Shown one piece after another: positions 25,501-38,501 of a DNA stretch of 64,000 bases. The stretch's first letter is position 1; each line of letters begins with the position of its first letter. Source of the stretch: a virus. Its lineage: Duplodnaviria > Heunggongvirae > Uroviricota > Caudoviricetes. The stretch is from the IMG/VR virus record IMGVR_UViG_3300028833_000063, positions 64,001 through 128,000 of that record; one strand, given 5' to 3'. The translations under genes and the position numbers were made by a program. The notes under the pieces are model-generated. The model saw only the letters and a list, made by a program, of their open reading frames with translations, was not told the DNA's origin and searched no databases.

Positions 25501-28500
25501 TGTTTAAAGAACTTATAAATTTATTGATATCTATAGTTTGCCCAAAATCATTCGGATTTTCCCAAAATTGTGTTTCATCAAACCAATTACCAAGCTCAGT
25601 CTGTTTTAGCGCAGTATATGCTAGCACTTTGGCAAAATCATAATTATTTCCACTAATTGACTCAGCCATTTCGGTTAACTTAAAACCTTCATAGCCACGA
25701 TACTTTTTAAGCTCCTACATATAATTTGAATCGCTAAACGCGTCAATATCGGACATTCCAACAGTAGATTCAGGACCTGTAATTGCACCTTCTGCCACAG
25801 TAATAGTACGCTTTAAACTTTTTTTAGCATCTTTTAAATCCTATTCCTTCGCTGCTTTCGCTCTTTCAACCTCAGCTTTCGCAGCATCATATGCTGCCTA
25901 AGCACTCTTTTTTCTTGCTTCTGTTAAGGTATCAGTTAATGCAGATTCATTTAAAATTGCATTTCCAGCATTATCGAAAGATGCAATAAGTTCTGGGAAC
26001 TTAGAAGTTAAATCTTCAACCGCGGACTAATATGCTTCGGCGGATTCAGCACTCTCGTACCTTTTTTCTTTTAACTCTTCATATTTTTCTGAAGTACTTT
26101 CTAATGTTTTATACTCATTCTTACTGACTTTCGCCGCATCAGACAGTTCCTAAGACTGCTTAGTTAAACGTTCTAACCTTTCACTGTCATCTTCTATCAT
26201 AGTATCAATGGCATTTATTACCGTAATAATACCGCTAACAATAGCCATTATACTACCGCCACTAGAAAATATCTTTAAGGCGCCGCTAACTAGCTATAAG
26301 GAGCCAGCCATAGTCTTTCCGGCTTGACTAGTCTAATCAAATACCCCAGATAACATTGACATTGCGCCTGCAACATTACGAATTGTACTAGCATTTTTAC
26401 CATTAAAAAAGTTAAGAGCATTTCCTAATTTTTGTTTCATGGAAAGCTTTTCTTGAGCTTTCGTGGCAGTTTCTAGTGCTTGAGCTTCCTCATCAAGAGC
26501 CTCTATGTTTTTGAAATTAGTCTCAGCTACATGCTCTTTAATACGCTTAGCATTTTCCTAAGCTTCAGCTTCTTCTGTAGCGGCTTCTGCGGCTTCGGCC
26601 TCGGCCTCGGCTAGCTCTTCTGCAATTCTCGCAGCTTCGGCCATCGCAGTGTCCTTATTAGATTCTTCGAAATCTTTATAAAGCTGTTCTAAATATAACT
26701 ATTCATAGTAATCATAACTTGGCTATTCTTTAGACGGGTTCTGCTCTTCAGAAGATGCTTCAGTTTCTTCATTTGTAGTATTCTACTATTGAATTAACTC
26801 CGCAGCCTTATTCGCTGCTTCTTCAGCTTTTTCAGCAGATTCTTTTGCCTGTTCGGCGGATTCTTGCGCTTTCGCAGCAGCCTATTCGGCTATACTACCC
26901 TAAGCATCTATATTAGCATTTTTTGTTTGCTGTTCTAAAACCTATGCTTCACTCGCAGATTCTACAGCAGATTCTGTAGCAGGTTTTTCAAGAGCGTCAA
27001 TACGCGCTTGTAAATTTTTCTCGCCAGTATTCCAAGAAACCTAAGTCGCGCCTTGTGGTCCATAAATCTAATTATACTATTTACGTACATCAGAGAACTC
27101 TTTTTCAGCACCCTTATCTCCGCTATTAATTCTCTAACGTAAAGCTAATAATTCTTTTAAATATTCAATTTGAGATTTAATAGTTTGAATTTCTGTGCTG
27201 TTATCACTATCTGTAGTTTCTTGTTTAGCTTCAGAGTATTCTTCTGCTGCTTCAGTTGCTTCTTCATATGCTTCAGTTACCTATTCCAGACTAGAAGCAT
27301 CTGTATCACTATTTTCATTAGTTTGTATATCTGCTGCTTTTTCTTGAGTTGCTTTCCATATCTATAACTATTTCTATACATAATCTTCTCGAGACATTCC
27401 AACCATAGGCGCTGCAAATTCTGCCTCATCCTCATATTTCCGGCGCATTTCAGCTTCTTCTGGAGATTCTTTCTATATTCCGATATCTTGTAATGTTAAC
27501 TTTTCAATAATACCTTTATATGAATCTTGTAATTCTGGTGCTAAATTTTTAACTTGTTCAAGTAATGCTTGTTTAAGTAATTCTAATCCTTCAGGAGTCT
27601 TTGTCAATTCACTATCAAATTCTGCAATAATAGCTTTTCCAGCTTCAGCCGCGGCTTTTAATGCTTCAAGTTTACCCTCATCAATACCTTCTTTACTGCC
27701 TAGCATTAAGAATTTACCATCTTGAATGCCATAAATAGAAGGAGAAGAAACTCCCATACTAGTTCCAAGAGTATCTACAATGGCCTCTCCTGCAGCAGAC
27801 ACACTAGTCGTAGCTTCTGGAAGCCCTTCTTGCACACCACTCGCAACGCCAGCCATAAGTTGTTTTCCAGTTTCATCGGAATCAGTGGTACTATTTGCTA
27901 ATTCTTGTTGTATATCTTCCGTCCATCCGTCGTCTGCTTCTTCAAATTCATCAAGTGGAAGATAATTCTTAAGTGTTAACCCCATAAGAGACTTCGGATT
28001 AAGTAACTCTGAAGTCGAATCTGGCATACCGAGCATAGCTCCAGCAATAAGCTGCCTTCCTCCTCCTTGCTCAGCTACGCCCCAATTCTCAGCTAAATTT
28101 GAATAAAAACTAAGTATTTTTTCTATTTCAGAGGTGTCACTATTAGAAAAATCAATACTAGACATTGAAGCTTTTAAAGAATTAAGTAATACTTCGCCAA
28201 AATCATTATCGAATAGTCCTGTAATATCTTTCTCTAGAATTTCTTGCCATAGTTCATCTATTCCCCAATCTGAACTAGTTAAAGCCGCATGTAATCTATC
28301 TAAATTTATCGCTTCTAACGCATCTTGGCCTACCAATTCTTCGCCATGTGCTCCGAAAGCCACGCCAGGAACATTATTCTTTATATAATTTTCAATTTCT
28401 TTTTTACTTGTGGGCCCAGCCTCTGCGTGATTATCAAATATAAAAGTACGTTTTGGATCTAAGCCATTTTGCGCATCAAATGCCGCCTATAATTCTTCTT

Positions 28501-31500
28501 CATACCCATAAGGAGCAGCGAATGCCGCTAAATCACTAAACTATACATCCCCTTTGGGTTTAACTTCCATCCAATCATATCCTGGATTGTCTTTAACAAA
28601 ATGTATAAAATCAAGAGCCTCTTCTACTAATCCTTCAGCACTACTATCTGCAAATCTAGAACCGACATCTATTTTAGCTTTATCCTTAAAGCTTGTATAA
28701 AGATCAGCTTTTAATAGTGTAGATTCTAATTCTGGATTTAAAGGCCTATTCATCATTAGTTCAAGAGTATGATATAAAGCATCCTATAATGCGCCACGCC
28801 CAGTAAGTTCTGCGCCCGGCATACGTGTATTAAGAGTTGCTCCCTCGGGAAGAAAACCACCTTTACCTAAATAATATGATACTAAGCTTGATAATATATT
28901 TTCCTTTCCTGAGATAAGATCTTTATCACGAGTAGGCGTAATACGATAATCATTCTTACCATATGGTAAAGCCGCAACTTTATCTAAGTGCTCCTATGCA
29001 ATTTCTAAATTAGAAACATGAATAGCATCACGTAAAAAGTCCGTAAATCTAGTCTTAAAATATGCAAGATCAATTTCTGGCGATGCATCCAATGATTCTC
29101 TTGCTTCATCATATGTATTAGCGCCAACTGGGATCGTAGGGGTATAAGCATCGCCAGTGTATAAATGAGATAATCCTAATTCTGGATTTGCAAACTTATA
29201 CGGCATATATGCAGTGGCTGAATTACGCCCTCCAAAATCCTCTCGGAATTTAGCATCTTTAGGTAACAAAGCTATTGAAGGACTTGGCATACGTCCACCC
29301 CAACTTGCCATACCTTCTAAAAATTGAGGATCAAAATTATGCGTAGCGGTCATAAATTTTGAAGATATACCTTCATAGCGTATATTTCTAATACGTCCTT
29401 GCATATCTTCAAGCGCCTCTATTTTTTCTTCTACTTGCTGTGCTTGTTTATTTAAAATATCTGTATTTTCATTATTAAACGTAGCATGAACAAATTTTCT
29501 TGAAACCTCTTCATAAGCTTTATTTATATCCTATAGTTCTTTATGTATAATTCCCTAAAAAAGTTTTTCTGAGGTATTCGCATCAAAAAAATCATTTAAT
29601 GTAATTTTATTGTTTTGTGACAAACTTTCGCGCAAGGCTTCTGGTATTGATAATCCTAAACGTGCTGCTGCAGCTTCAATCGCTTCTATAGACGAATTTA
29701 AACCAATTGCAACAGCATCCCCCACACCATTCTAAAACATTGCAATAATAGTGGGAGATGGTGAATGCATATTTAATGCCGCTCGTATTGTAGGAATAAT
29801 GCCCGAAACCATTGTTTCTGCTGCTTGGCTAATAGGTTCTTCTCCTGCAACTAGTCCTATTACAATACTCTATATCACATCATTGGGAATAGCCTTCATT
29901 TCTTCCGGCAACTCATCAGCTTTCGTTTTTAAAGATTCTATCCAAGCATCTACAGCAGATTGGTCAGTAAAATCTATGTCTTTTGCGCCACTTAAAACGT
30001 TTTCTAAAACTGCTCTCTTTGTATCTTCTAAGGCTTTTACTTCTTTTTGAACAGTTTCTACCTTCGTATCAGTCGCCGGTTTTTCAGATTCTTGTACTTC
30101 CGCTTCTTTCTATTCTTGTTTAGCCGTTTCTACTATTTCCTAAGTTGCTTGCTATACTTCTTCTTGCTTATTTTTTAAGCCTTCCGCATATGCTTTTGCG
30201 CCTTCTTCACCGATAGTACGTAAAGTCGCCGCTATTTCTGTATTAATGTTTTGAGGAGGAAAAATGTTCTACCAAACATTTGCAATTCCCTATAATACAG
30301 TTCTTCCAATATCTTTAAGTAAAAGAATGCTGTCAATAATAACTGTAATCGCGCCAACAGGTAATTTATTTCCAACTTTCCATAAGCCATTTAAATTATC
30401 AATAAAATTCTTAATACCATCTAGCGCATTTTTCCAAACGCCTTCCGCGCCAATAGAAGTATAAAATTGCTAATAAGCAACCCGAACCTATTCTAATTTA
30501 GTTTCAACAGAATCTAAACTCTTTAACGCCTATACAGTACCGGTATCTTCACTGTTATTAGCAACATCAATATTAGCTTTTAAAGTATCAACATTACTAA
30601 CCAATGCTAAGAAACGAGATTGCTATCTATTTCCTGCAAATTGAGTCGCAATATAACGCTATTGCGTGCTATCTAAGTCATCCCACTTTTCACCTAATTC
30701 TATAATAACATCTGTGAAATTACGAAATTGACCATCAACAGTTTTCATAGAAATACCAACAGACTATAAAGCGGTATCAACCTTATTGAAGCTATATGCT
30801 TCACCTTCAGCATCTTTGAATCCTAATGGGTCTTTAGTCAATTCACCATAGCGAGATGCTATAGATTTCATGGCAGAACCAATATTAGTTGCAGATTCAC
30901 GAGTAACAGCAACCATTGTACCAATCATTGCAGAAGCTTCTTCAAATGTTGCACCAACGCCCTCCATAGAAGAAGCAGTCTTACTCATTGCAACTGCCAG
31001 TTCTTCCTGCGATACTGCTGTATTCGCGGCTAATGCAGAATATACGTCGACTACTGTCGCTGCATCCTACATTTCCATTTTAAATCCACGAATTGCAGTA
31101 GTCATATAGTCAGTCGCAGTTGCATAATCCATACCGGAAATCTTAGATAACTTTAAAGTTTCATTTGTTAATGTCATAACATCAACAGTTTCTAGACCTT
31201 GCTGATAATAAATCTTAGAAACTTCATATGCACCTTGAATACTTACACCATAGCGTTGTGCCATTGCACTATATGAATCAATCTAATTCCATAAATCTCC
31301 AGTTGTCATATCGGTAACAATGGCAATACCGTTCATAACACTATCTAATTCTTTAATATGATTAGCAGCTTCGCGAACTCCACTCTTAACTAAATTTAAA
31401 ACCTAACTAAATCCCATAAAGTTAGTAACTGCCATTTTTAAGGAATTAAATGTATTAGTCTAAGATTGGAATTTCTAGAAAGCTGCTGAGCCTTCATTTA

Positions 31501-32602
31501 ATGCATGACGTAAGTTATCAAACCCAGCAACAGCGCGGGAAGTAGCAGACTCTAATTCTTTTGGACTTCTCGCCGCAGCGGCTTGAGCATCCTTCCAATC
31601 ATTTAAAGCTTTAGTCGCCTGCTCTAATGCAGGTTTTTGCTATTCAGCGATTTTAGCAATATTATCATTACTCTCATTAATGACCCCATTAACTTTTGAC
31701 AAATCGCTACGCGCACTTGCTTTTTCACTAAAAATTTTCTTTAATTCAGGAATTTGAGTTTGCTCTGTAATTGTCCCCTATGCAGAAAATTGCTTTAATG
31801 CTTTATTTATATCTGAATTAGTATCTGCTAGCAATTTACGCACTTCATTCGCTGTTTTTCCTCTAATTGCTTCAACGTCTGATTCATTTAATTGAAATCT
31901 ATCCTTTAAATATTCTGCAAATAACTGACTTCCATTAGATTTAAAATCATTTTTCTTAGTAAAAAAGTTCGTATACTTATCGCCAAGGATATCTTTTAGA
32001 GGATCGACTTGTCCTTTAGTATTCGAAAGTTTATTTGCAACTTGCCCCTCAAGTACTGTTTTTTCAGCAGTTCTAAGATTCCTTTCTGCTATTTCATATT
32101 CCTTTTCTACTTGTTTTGTTTTTGACTATATTACTTTAATTATCTAATCAAAAGTTTTAGTCGCTGCATTTGCATCTATGTTAGTAATAACGCCTTTTGT
32201 AAAATCATCAGATAATAATGAAGTCTTAGCTTCCTCTTTCGCCGCGCGAATGCTGTTTTTAATATTTGTAATTGCCTATTCTAACTAATTGAATTCCTTA
32301 GTTGCATTTTCATCTAGTTTTAAATCAGAAAAACTTAAACGAGACATAACAAGTTCAACTTTTCTAAAACTATCTTCCATATTATCAATAGTCTTTTCCA
32401 CAGACGTAAATTGTGACTAATTAATAAAAGGTTTAGAAGTTCCAATAGCTAACTTGTCCATATCTGCCCGTAAGTTCTAAATAATGGCCTATAGCTATTT
32501 AAATCCAGTAGTATTAGGCTTCAATGTAGACAATGTTTTCTATAAATCAGCTACAGAAGACTATAAAACTTCTAAGCTAACTGGAAGTTTAATACCATTC
32601 AT
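16547..32602 (-). CDS. Tail tape measure protein, ~5,351 aa with TAG as sense
   Basis: Fifteen supplied fragments share one frame. TP901-type core (YQQGL...TLKLSKISGMDYATATDYMTTAIRGF...AMSKTASS...GSAMKSIASRY) and C-terminal GGYV...GERGTE motif. Spot-checked gaps read as sensible helical sequence. Confidence 0.85.
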
Positions 32603-32633
32603 TTAATTCCATCTCCTTTTACCACAAAATAAA

Positions 32634-32664
32634 AAAAGAGCCACTTTCTCGCAAGAAAGTGGCT
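32634..32664 (-). terminator. Intrinsic terminator
   Basis: gccactttc-tcgcaa-gaaagtggc hairpin with adjacent A-tract on the + strand. Confidence 0.7.
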
Positions 32665-32665
32665 A

Positions 32666-33541
32666 TCATATATCAGCATCCAAATCTTCTCCCAGATGCT
32701 AAATCTCAACTATTAAATTCTATTCGTCACCGACAGTCTCCGGCAACCCTATTATATCAAACGCGGACACCGTTGGATCAGCCCTTTCTCCCAATCGCAA
32801 GTTAATGTCGCTTACGATCCTAACTTTAGGCATATACAAAATATTTGTATAATTCATGCCCTCATTCTCGTCCTTAGAATAAAATTTCCCTTCTAAGGTA
32901 AACAAGCCATTAAAACGCTCTTTCTTTAATGTATAAGAGAGAGCCTCTTTCCCATACTCATAGTAATAATCTACTACATATTTCTTATTGGTGTCTGCCA
33001 ATACTGTCAATTCTTTATTTTCGTATAACTCCAAGCAAGGACGATCCTTTTTATCATCAAAGGGATCCTTTTTCCCTGTAATGCGCTTTCCATATATTTT
33101 CTTTTGCACGGAATCACGCGCGAAATCAAATATAAAAGTCTTTTTTCTATTATTTTCTACAGGCCAATGCTCTAAAAATAACTAATGTTCTTCATTAATT
33201 TCCATTGGCCCTTCTTTTTTATGCATTAAAATTGGTTTATCTATACCCTTAATCGCGACTCTCGCGCCCAAAAGCACACCCAAACCAAACTAAGATATAA
33301 CGCCTTGAGCCATTTGAAATCTAACTTCAGATCTATCTTGCCAAATAACTTTAGGCTAATTTTCCCAACCGCCTCGCGCGAAAATTGCTCTATTCTACTC
33401 TGATAACATTGACATTGCTATATGGTCAAAGTAAAGGACTGGCTCATCTGCCTCAATATAGCGTTCGCCAAAATTCATAGCGGTTTTCGCGCGAAGAACA
33501 ACTTCATATAATTCTTTTATACCAAAATATTCTTCTACCAA
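32666..33541 (-). CDS. Tail-tube protein paralog (291 aa, TTG start, TAG read-throughs)
   Basis: GIKELYEVV, ARGGWEN and LGERADPTVSAFDI align by eye with GIKEVANVY, AQGGWGN and LQAEGDPSTFEMTL of 33604..34560. Confidence 0.7.
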
Positions 33542-33559
33542 GGTTTTCACCTACCTAAT

Positions 33560-33596
33560 AAAAACCCAGGGACTCCGAAGAGTCCCTGGGATTTGT
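33560..33596 (-). terminator. Intrinsic terminator after the major tail gene
   Basis: cccagggact-ccgaag-agtccctggg hairpin. Confidence 0.8.
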
Positions 33597-33603
33597 TAGT
33601 TAA

Positions 33604-34560
33604 TTAAGGGGTCTGAGAGCTCTCAGCGGTTAGAGAACCGATGTCCTTCTCATTATCGCCAGAGCCGCTAGAGGTTACATTGTAACGAACTAGCTTCATC
33701 ATTTCGTCACCATCACGTAGAACGTTTAGGGTCATTTCGAAAGTAGAAGGATCACCTTCAGCCTGTAGAGTAATAGTAACATTACTCTGTACCTTAGCCT
33801 TATTGATGATGAACTGGAATGGCTCGTCACGACCGGTCTTTTCAGAACGGATTAGAGTATCTCCAACTACCTTATAAGTGCCAGGGAAGGTATCTGGAGA
33901 AATAGTAACTTCTACTGCATCTTCTTTAGTAGTACTAGCATCTACGATCTCATCCCAGAAAATACGAATCTTATCACCGTCAGCAGGAGCTTCTCCAGCA
34001 GAAGCAATACCAGCCTTTGGATTTATGAAAGTAATGGTATTTAGAGCAGCCATTGTTCCTTCAGTAATCTGAGTACGATAACCCTTAGTTAAGTTAATTA
34101 GTTTAATTGGGTGTGCGGTAGAAGCAGCGGGCAGCATCTGAATACCAGTAATATGATCCTTAGGAGCTGGTACAAATACTTTACCTGCATTGGCGCCAGT
34201 GCCTGCTACAGCTGTTACTTCTTCAGTGTGATGTACTACTATAGTATCAGTGCCCATAGGACGCTTGATAGCGCCACCTAGCATGAAACGTAGAGATTCT
34301 AGAGACATTAGAGCATCTTCTAGAGTGATATTGATTTCCTTACCATAGTCCCACTGCACTAGTTTTGGGTTGCCCCAACCGCCCTGCGCGGCTACGTTCT
34401 CCGCAGTGGTCTCAATGGTGGAAACTTTTAGGGTATCTAGGAATAGTACGATATCGCCCTCATAAACGCCAGTCTTGGGATCGTCTGCTAGGGCTTCAAA
34501 ATATACGTTAGCTACTTCTTTAATACCATACTTGTCAAAAATATTAACATTGTTAGCCAT
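33604..34560 (-). CDS. Major tail (tube) protein
   Basis: Intact 318-aa ORF with GGAGG RBS, followed by a terminator, upstream of the TMP; no TAG. Confidence 0.8.
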   Translation of the reverse strand: MANNVNIFDKYGIKEVANVYFEALADDPKTGVYEGDIVLFLDTLKVSTIETTAENVAAQGGWGNPKLVQWDYGKEINITLEDALMSLESLRFMLGGAIKRPMGTDTIVVHHTEEVTAVAGTGANAGKVFVPAPKDHITGIQMLPAASTAHPIKLINLTKGYRTQITEGTMAALNTITFINPKAGIASAGEAPADGDKIRIFWDEIVDASTTKEDAVEVTISPDTFPGTYKVVGDTLIRSEKTGRDEPFQFIINKAKVQSNVTITLQAEGDPSTFEMTLNVLRDGDEMMKLVRYNVTSSGSGDNEKDIGSLTAESSQTP

Positions 34561-34577
34561 AAAAGTTACCTCCTAAA

Positions 34578-35357
34578 TTATGACTTGTCGCCATCAGCTA
34601 TTGAGCGCATCCAATGCTTTAATTGCGACTTTTGTATTTTAGCACCCGCTAATGCGGCTTGCTGATTTATATTAAACTAATCACGCCACCCCATCCGCTT
34701 GAGTTGGTCGTGAAAAGCGTAATATGTAATATCCCAAATATTTAATATATTTAGACCACAATCATTCAAAGGAATACTTGCTATTAAGTCTGAGAACTTT
34801 AAATCCGTTCCATTTTTCTTTGCTTCTTTTGCTTTTGCACGACGAAGCTTTTCACGCCTATCACGCTATTGCATTTTAAGCCGCTTAGTAATTTCTGGAT
34901 CATCCTCATAAATAATAATTTCTTCATCCTCTGTTTCCAAAAAATACATTCTACGAAGTAATCGCTAAAAATCATAGAATTTATCCTCAGTTAATAGGTG
35001 TTTTTCCGCCAAAGGGCCTATAATAATTTGTGCAGGTTCCATTGAAAAAATTGCGTCTTCGTGAGTGAAAAATTTGAAACCTTTTTTCATTAGGGTATGA
35101 ATTTGTGGGTCTAAATTAGCCATTAGTAAGATATACTAAAAATCTGTTAATTTAGACATTAGCTCTTTTAATTCCTAATCGGCATCATGCTAAGTACTTG
35201 GTTTAACTGCTGTAAGTACGCTCAAATACTTCTAAAATTCTTCATACCCTTCATCAACAATTTGCCCTAAAGTGGCAGGAAACACCGCGCATATGTCATC
35301 TATAAATACCGGTGAGCCTTTTAAAAATCGTAAAACATCATCATCAGTTAAATTCAT
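34578..35357 (-). CDS. Neck/tail-assembly region protein (259 aa, TAG read-throughs)
   Basis: Hand translation MNLTDDDVLRFLKGSP...WMRSIADGDKS-TAA, broken only by TAG; absent from the supplied track. Confidence 0.7.
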
Positions 35358-35850
35358 TGATTTTATACACCATTGAATAACCGCCGATCCAAGGAGTCAA
35401 TGTTAATGGATCTGCACGATAAAATTGCAACGTACCAATACCTGCCATTTTCGCGCCATTAAACATCTCATCTATTTCTTGCATAATAAGATATGGCCGC
35501 AAAGACTAATCATCCATAAGCCATTCCTCATAAGGGCAAGCAATATCAAACCGGACAGTAGATATTTTAAATTCTGGATTTAACTAATTAACTACAAATC
35601 CATCAAATAGAGCAGTTACATAAGACATTTTTTCAGTACTATCATCAAATATCTTAGGAACAATTAAAATTTGCTTATTAATTAAATCTGCTCCATCCAC
35701 TGGAGGATATTTTTTTTCATTAAAAGGATCTCTAACCTAATATTTTAATAGGCGGCAAAGCCGCGGATTTGACATTAATTTATTAGCGATTTTAAATGTA
35801 TTAAGTCCCATCACAGCGAATCGGCGCTGAGTTGGCTGTTCTAATGCCAT
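35344..35850 (-). CDS. Putative tail-completion/terminator protein (168 aa, TAG read-throughs)
   Basis: MALEQPTQRRFAVMG...LRPYLIMQEIDEMFNG...YKINEFN-TGA; function inferred from position. Confidence 0.65.
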
Positions 35851-35860
35851 TTTATTCACC

Positions 35861-37240
35861 TCACCATAATGGAATTATTTCGACTGTTTTGGTATATTGT
35901 TTTGTTTCAGATAAAACCCACTTGTCATCTAATTCTACAGAAGAATCCCAATGATAGACCGAATAATTTAAAGCTAAAGTTATTGTACCAAGATTATTTT
36001 TGTTGTTTGCGCGTAGAACGAAGACATCAGGAATCTCATTCCATGTTGGACTTTTAATAATAGTACCATAATCTTTTGCTTGTTTTTTCTTATCTGAATA
36101 ATCCTAAATCTCAAGAGAAATTATTACTTTTTCCTACTCAGCATTTGTATACGAATGTATAATATTTTCTTTGCCTTCAGAGTCGAATGTGCCATCTGTT
36201 AAATAATAAGAATTTTCTCGGTCTAGTCGAATTTTATCGTTTCCCATAATATAGTAAACCTTATCTGCATCATTAATAATAATCTCTATTTTCTTTTCTA
36301 TTGCATGCCTCTGTTTTAGGCGCATAGTTACTATACACTGTCCTGCCGTAGAAGCATGTAATTCTTGATACCATTTTTCCTCTTGCCCTTCTTCCTCTTT
36401 TTGTTCACTAACAAGACTAAAGTCAGAAGGACGCATTTCAATTTCCCATTGATTTAAAGTATCGGTTTCAAACTGAGGAATAATAGTATCTCCAGATTTA
36501 TATATCGTAGGAAGCTTTGGAAATTTGTATTTATCTAAATCGGCTAAATCATCAGTTCCTTCACCAAGATAATCATACTGAAGATTTACTTTGTTTTCTG
36601 TTAAAGACATATAAATAATGCCTTTAACGCTAGTAAAATCTGACTCAACCATTTTCCAGCTTTCATCTTCAATAATAAAATTTGTACCTCGGTCAACAGT
36701 ATCAAGAATCTCGGCGCCATCATTAACTGGCCGCGGCATGATGATTTCAGCATATTTATTTGGTTGTGGTGTTATTAGGTTATGCCACGTTCTAAAATTG
36801 CCTTTAACCTTATCATCAGTTGAGCTTAAAACATACGCCCAAGATTGCCGCAAATATCCTTTGTTATTAATCCATTTAATTAAATAATTACATTTTAATA
36901 TATCAAAAGTACGATAAGTGCCGTTTACTTTCTTTTCCTCTGAAAGTAAAAGCCATTTCTCAATTGACCCATCATTTTGCGGCCAATTCATAATGTCTCC
37001 AACCTTAATAGGAATATCGTTAGAAACATTCAAATGCATAATCTTCTAATATGCCTTATCCTTACTTTGTAAAATAATGCCATCAAAATATAATCCACGT
37101 TCTACAGAAAGAGTAGAAACTGTATGTGGAGATTCACTTTTCCATCGCTGAAAAGTACGAATACCTCCATTAGTTATACGTTCACCAATAGTATCACCCA
37201 AGTGATTTAAGCGCGAATGATATACTTCAAGATAATTCAT
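35861..37240 (-). CDS. Putative head-closure/neck protein (459 aa, TAG read-throughs)
   Basis: Joins 37046..37240 and 36134..37039 in frame and extends to TGA at 35861. Confidence 0.7.
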
Positions 37241-37562
37241 CTGGAACCTCTAATCCATCCACTAAGTGCATACTTTCAAATATTGTACGCCTAAAGTGTT
37301 CATATGTTAAATAGCGCAAGGAATTGATTTTTCCTATTAATGCCCACCAATTAATACTATTCGCGCCAAGTCCTATCAATTCTATTGTAATAGAATCAAG
37401 AAACTTAAGCCATTCGCCACCTTTTTCGCGCTCACATAAAAGGCCATATAACCGACCTTTTAATTTATTTAAATAACCATCAAAAGTTTCGTTAGATATA
37501 TTTCTGTTTTCCGGCCAATCGCTTAAAGATTGCGGCTGGACTATGGTTACGCGATCTATCAT
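37227..37562 (-). CDS. Hypothetical protein in the head-tail region
   Basis: Intact ORF (KLKGRLYGLLCEREK...); start uncertain because it overlaps the upstream gene. Confidence 0.6.
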   Translation of the reverse strand: MIDRVTIVQPQSLSDWPENRNISNETFDGYLNKLKGRLYGLLCEREKGGEWLKFLDSITIELIGLGANSINWWALIGKINSLRYLTYEHFRRTIFESMHLVDGLEVPDELS

Positions 37563-37974
37563 ATCGTCCCTCTGCTTTATGAATCTCTAGCGCGACTTGA
37601 GATTCAAGTTTATTTAATTTATCAAGGTGGTTAGCTTGAGAATAATCACTGTCAACATATAACTAGCGTATATTTTCCCAACTAGCAATACAACGTTTAA
37701 CCCATTCATGCTTCATATAAAGCGCAAGCATCTATATTTCTGCATTGGTTAAATCCTCTTTAAACTGCATTACTGTAATGGGATTATTACCTTCTGACTG
37801 TTCTAACTCTTCCATTTCTAAACTAATACGTGGATATTTAAAGCGTTCAATGGCCATCTTGAGAAGCTCTTGCCAATCTCGTTCAACAATGGCGAGCTCT
37901 TCCTCCAATGTCCATTCATCTGCGGTTATCCGCGCCAAAAAAGCGTCATAAACTTTTAAGAAAGGGGTCGCCAT
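37492..37974 (-). CDS. Putative head-tail adaptor (160 aa, TAG read-throughs)
   Basis: ORF 37732..37974 extends through TAG to TAA at 37492; function inferred from position. Confidence 0.65.
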
Positions 37975-37979
37975 TCAAA

Positions 37980-38423
37980 TCACTTCTCTTCTGCCTGATG
38001 TTTCATATTAATGGCATTAATAATATCAACATCGCAGTATTTCTTAATTAGACTTACGAAAGCAGGTGCTGTAATTCCCTTATCTACTGCAATCTTTACA
38101 ACAGAATCCTTTTCAGATTCAGTAGCATTAGGAATAAATTTTGCAAAACCAGTGATATCATTATTGTCAAACATAGCCGCAATATCGGTAGCGCTCACTA
38201 CAGTGCCTACTTCTTCAACCTGTTCATCCTTCGCAATGCCTTCAACCTTAATGAAGTGTCCATTAACGAGAGCCATAAAGCCAGGATCAAAAGTCATTTC
38301 TTCATAATCTTCCTGTGATACAGGAACGGCACGTCCGGGTGTTAATTCACGACTCCACTTAATATTTGGGAAAGATAGCGATACGGTTGCCGTGCCAACA
38401 TTAGTTAATGTAATTTTACTCAT
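37980..38423 (-). CDS. Hypothetical virion/head-associated protein
   Basis: Intact 147-aa ORF with AGGAGG RBS directly after the capsid gene and its terminator. Confidence 0.75.
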   Translation of the reverse strand: MSKITLTNVGTATVSLSFPNIKWSRELTPGRAVPVSQEDYEEMTFDPGFMALVNGHFIKVEGIAKDEQVEEVGTVVSATDIAAMFDNNDITGFAKFIPNATESEKDSVVKIAVDKGITAPAFVSLIKKYCDVDIINAINMKHQAEEK

Positions 38424-38454
38424 AATAAATTCCTCCTTTTATCTCCAAAAGAAA

Positions 38455-38490
38455 AAATGGGGTGGGTGAGCAAATCACCCACCCCAGTGG
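38455..38490 (-). terminator. Intrinsic terminator after the major capsid gene
   Basis: tggggtgggtga-gcaaa-tcacccacccca hairpin. Confidence 0.8.
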
Positions 38491-38501
38491 TTATCAATCA
38501 A

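Noticed and set aside
11691-30464. Numerous + strand ORFs within the tail genes (e.g. 12142, 18957, 21891, 29751)
   Set aside because: Antisense shadows of long minus-strand coding frames, lacking RBSs or recognisable motifs.
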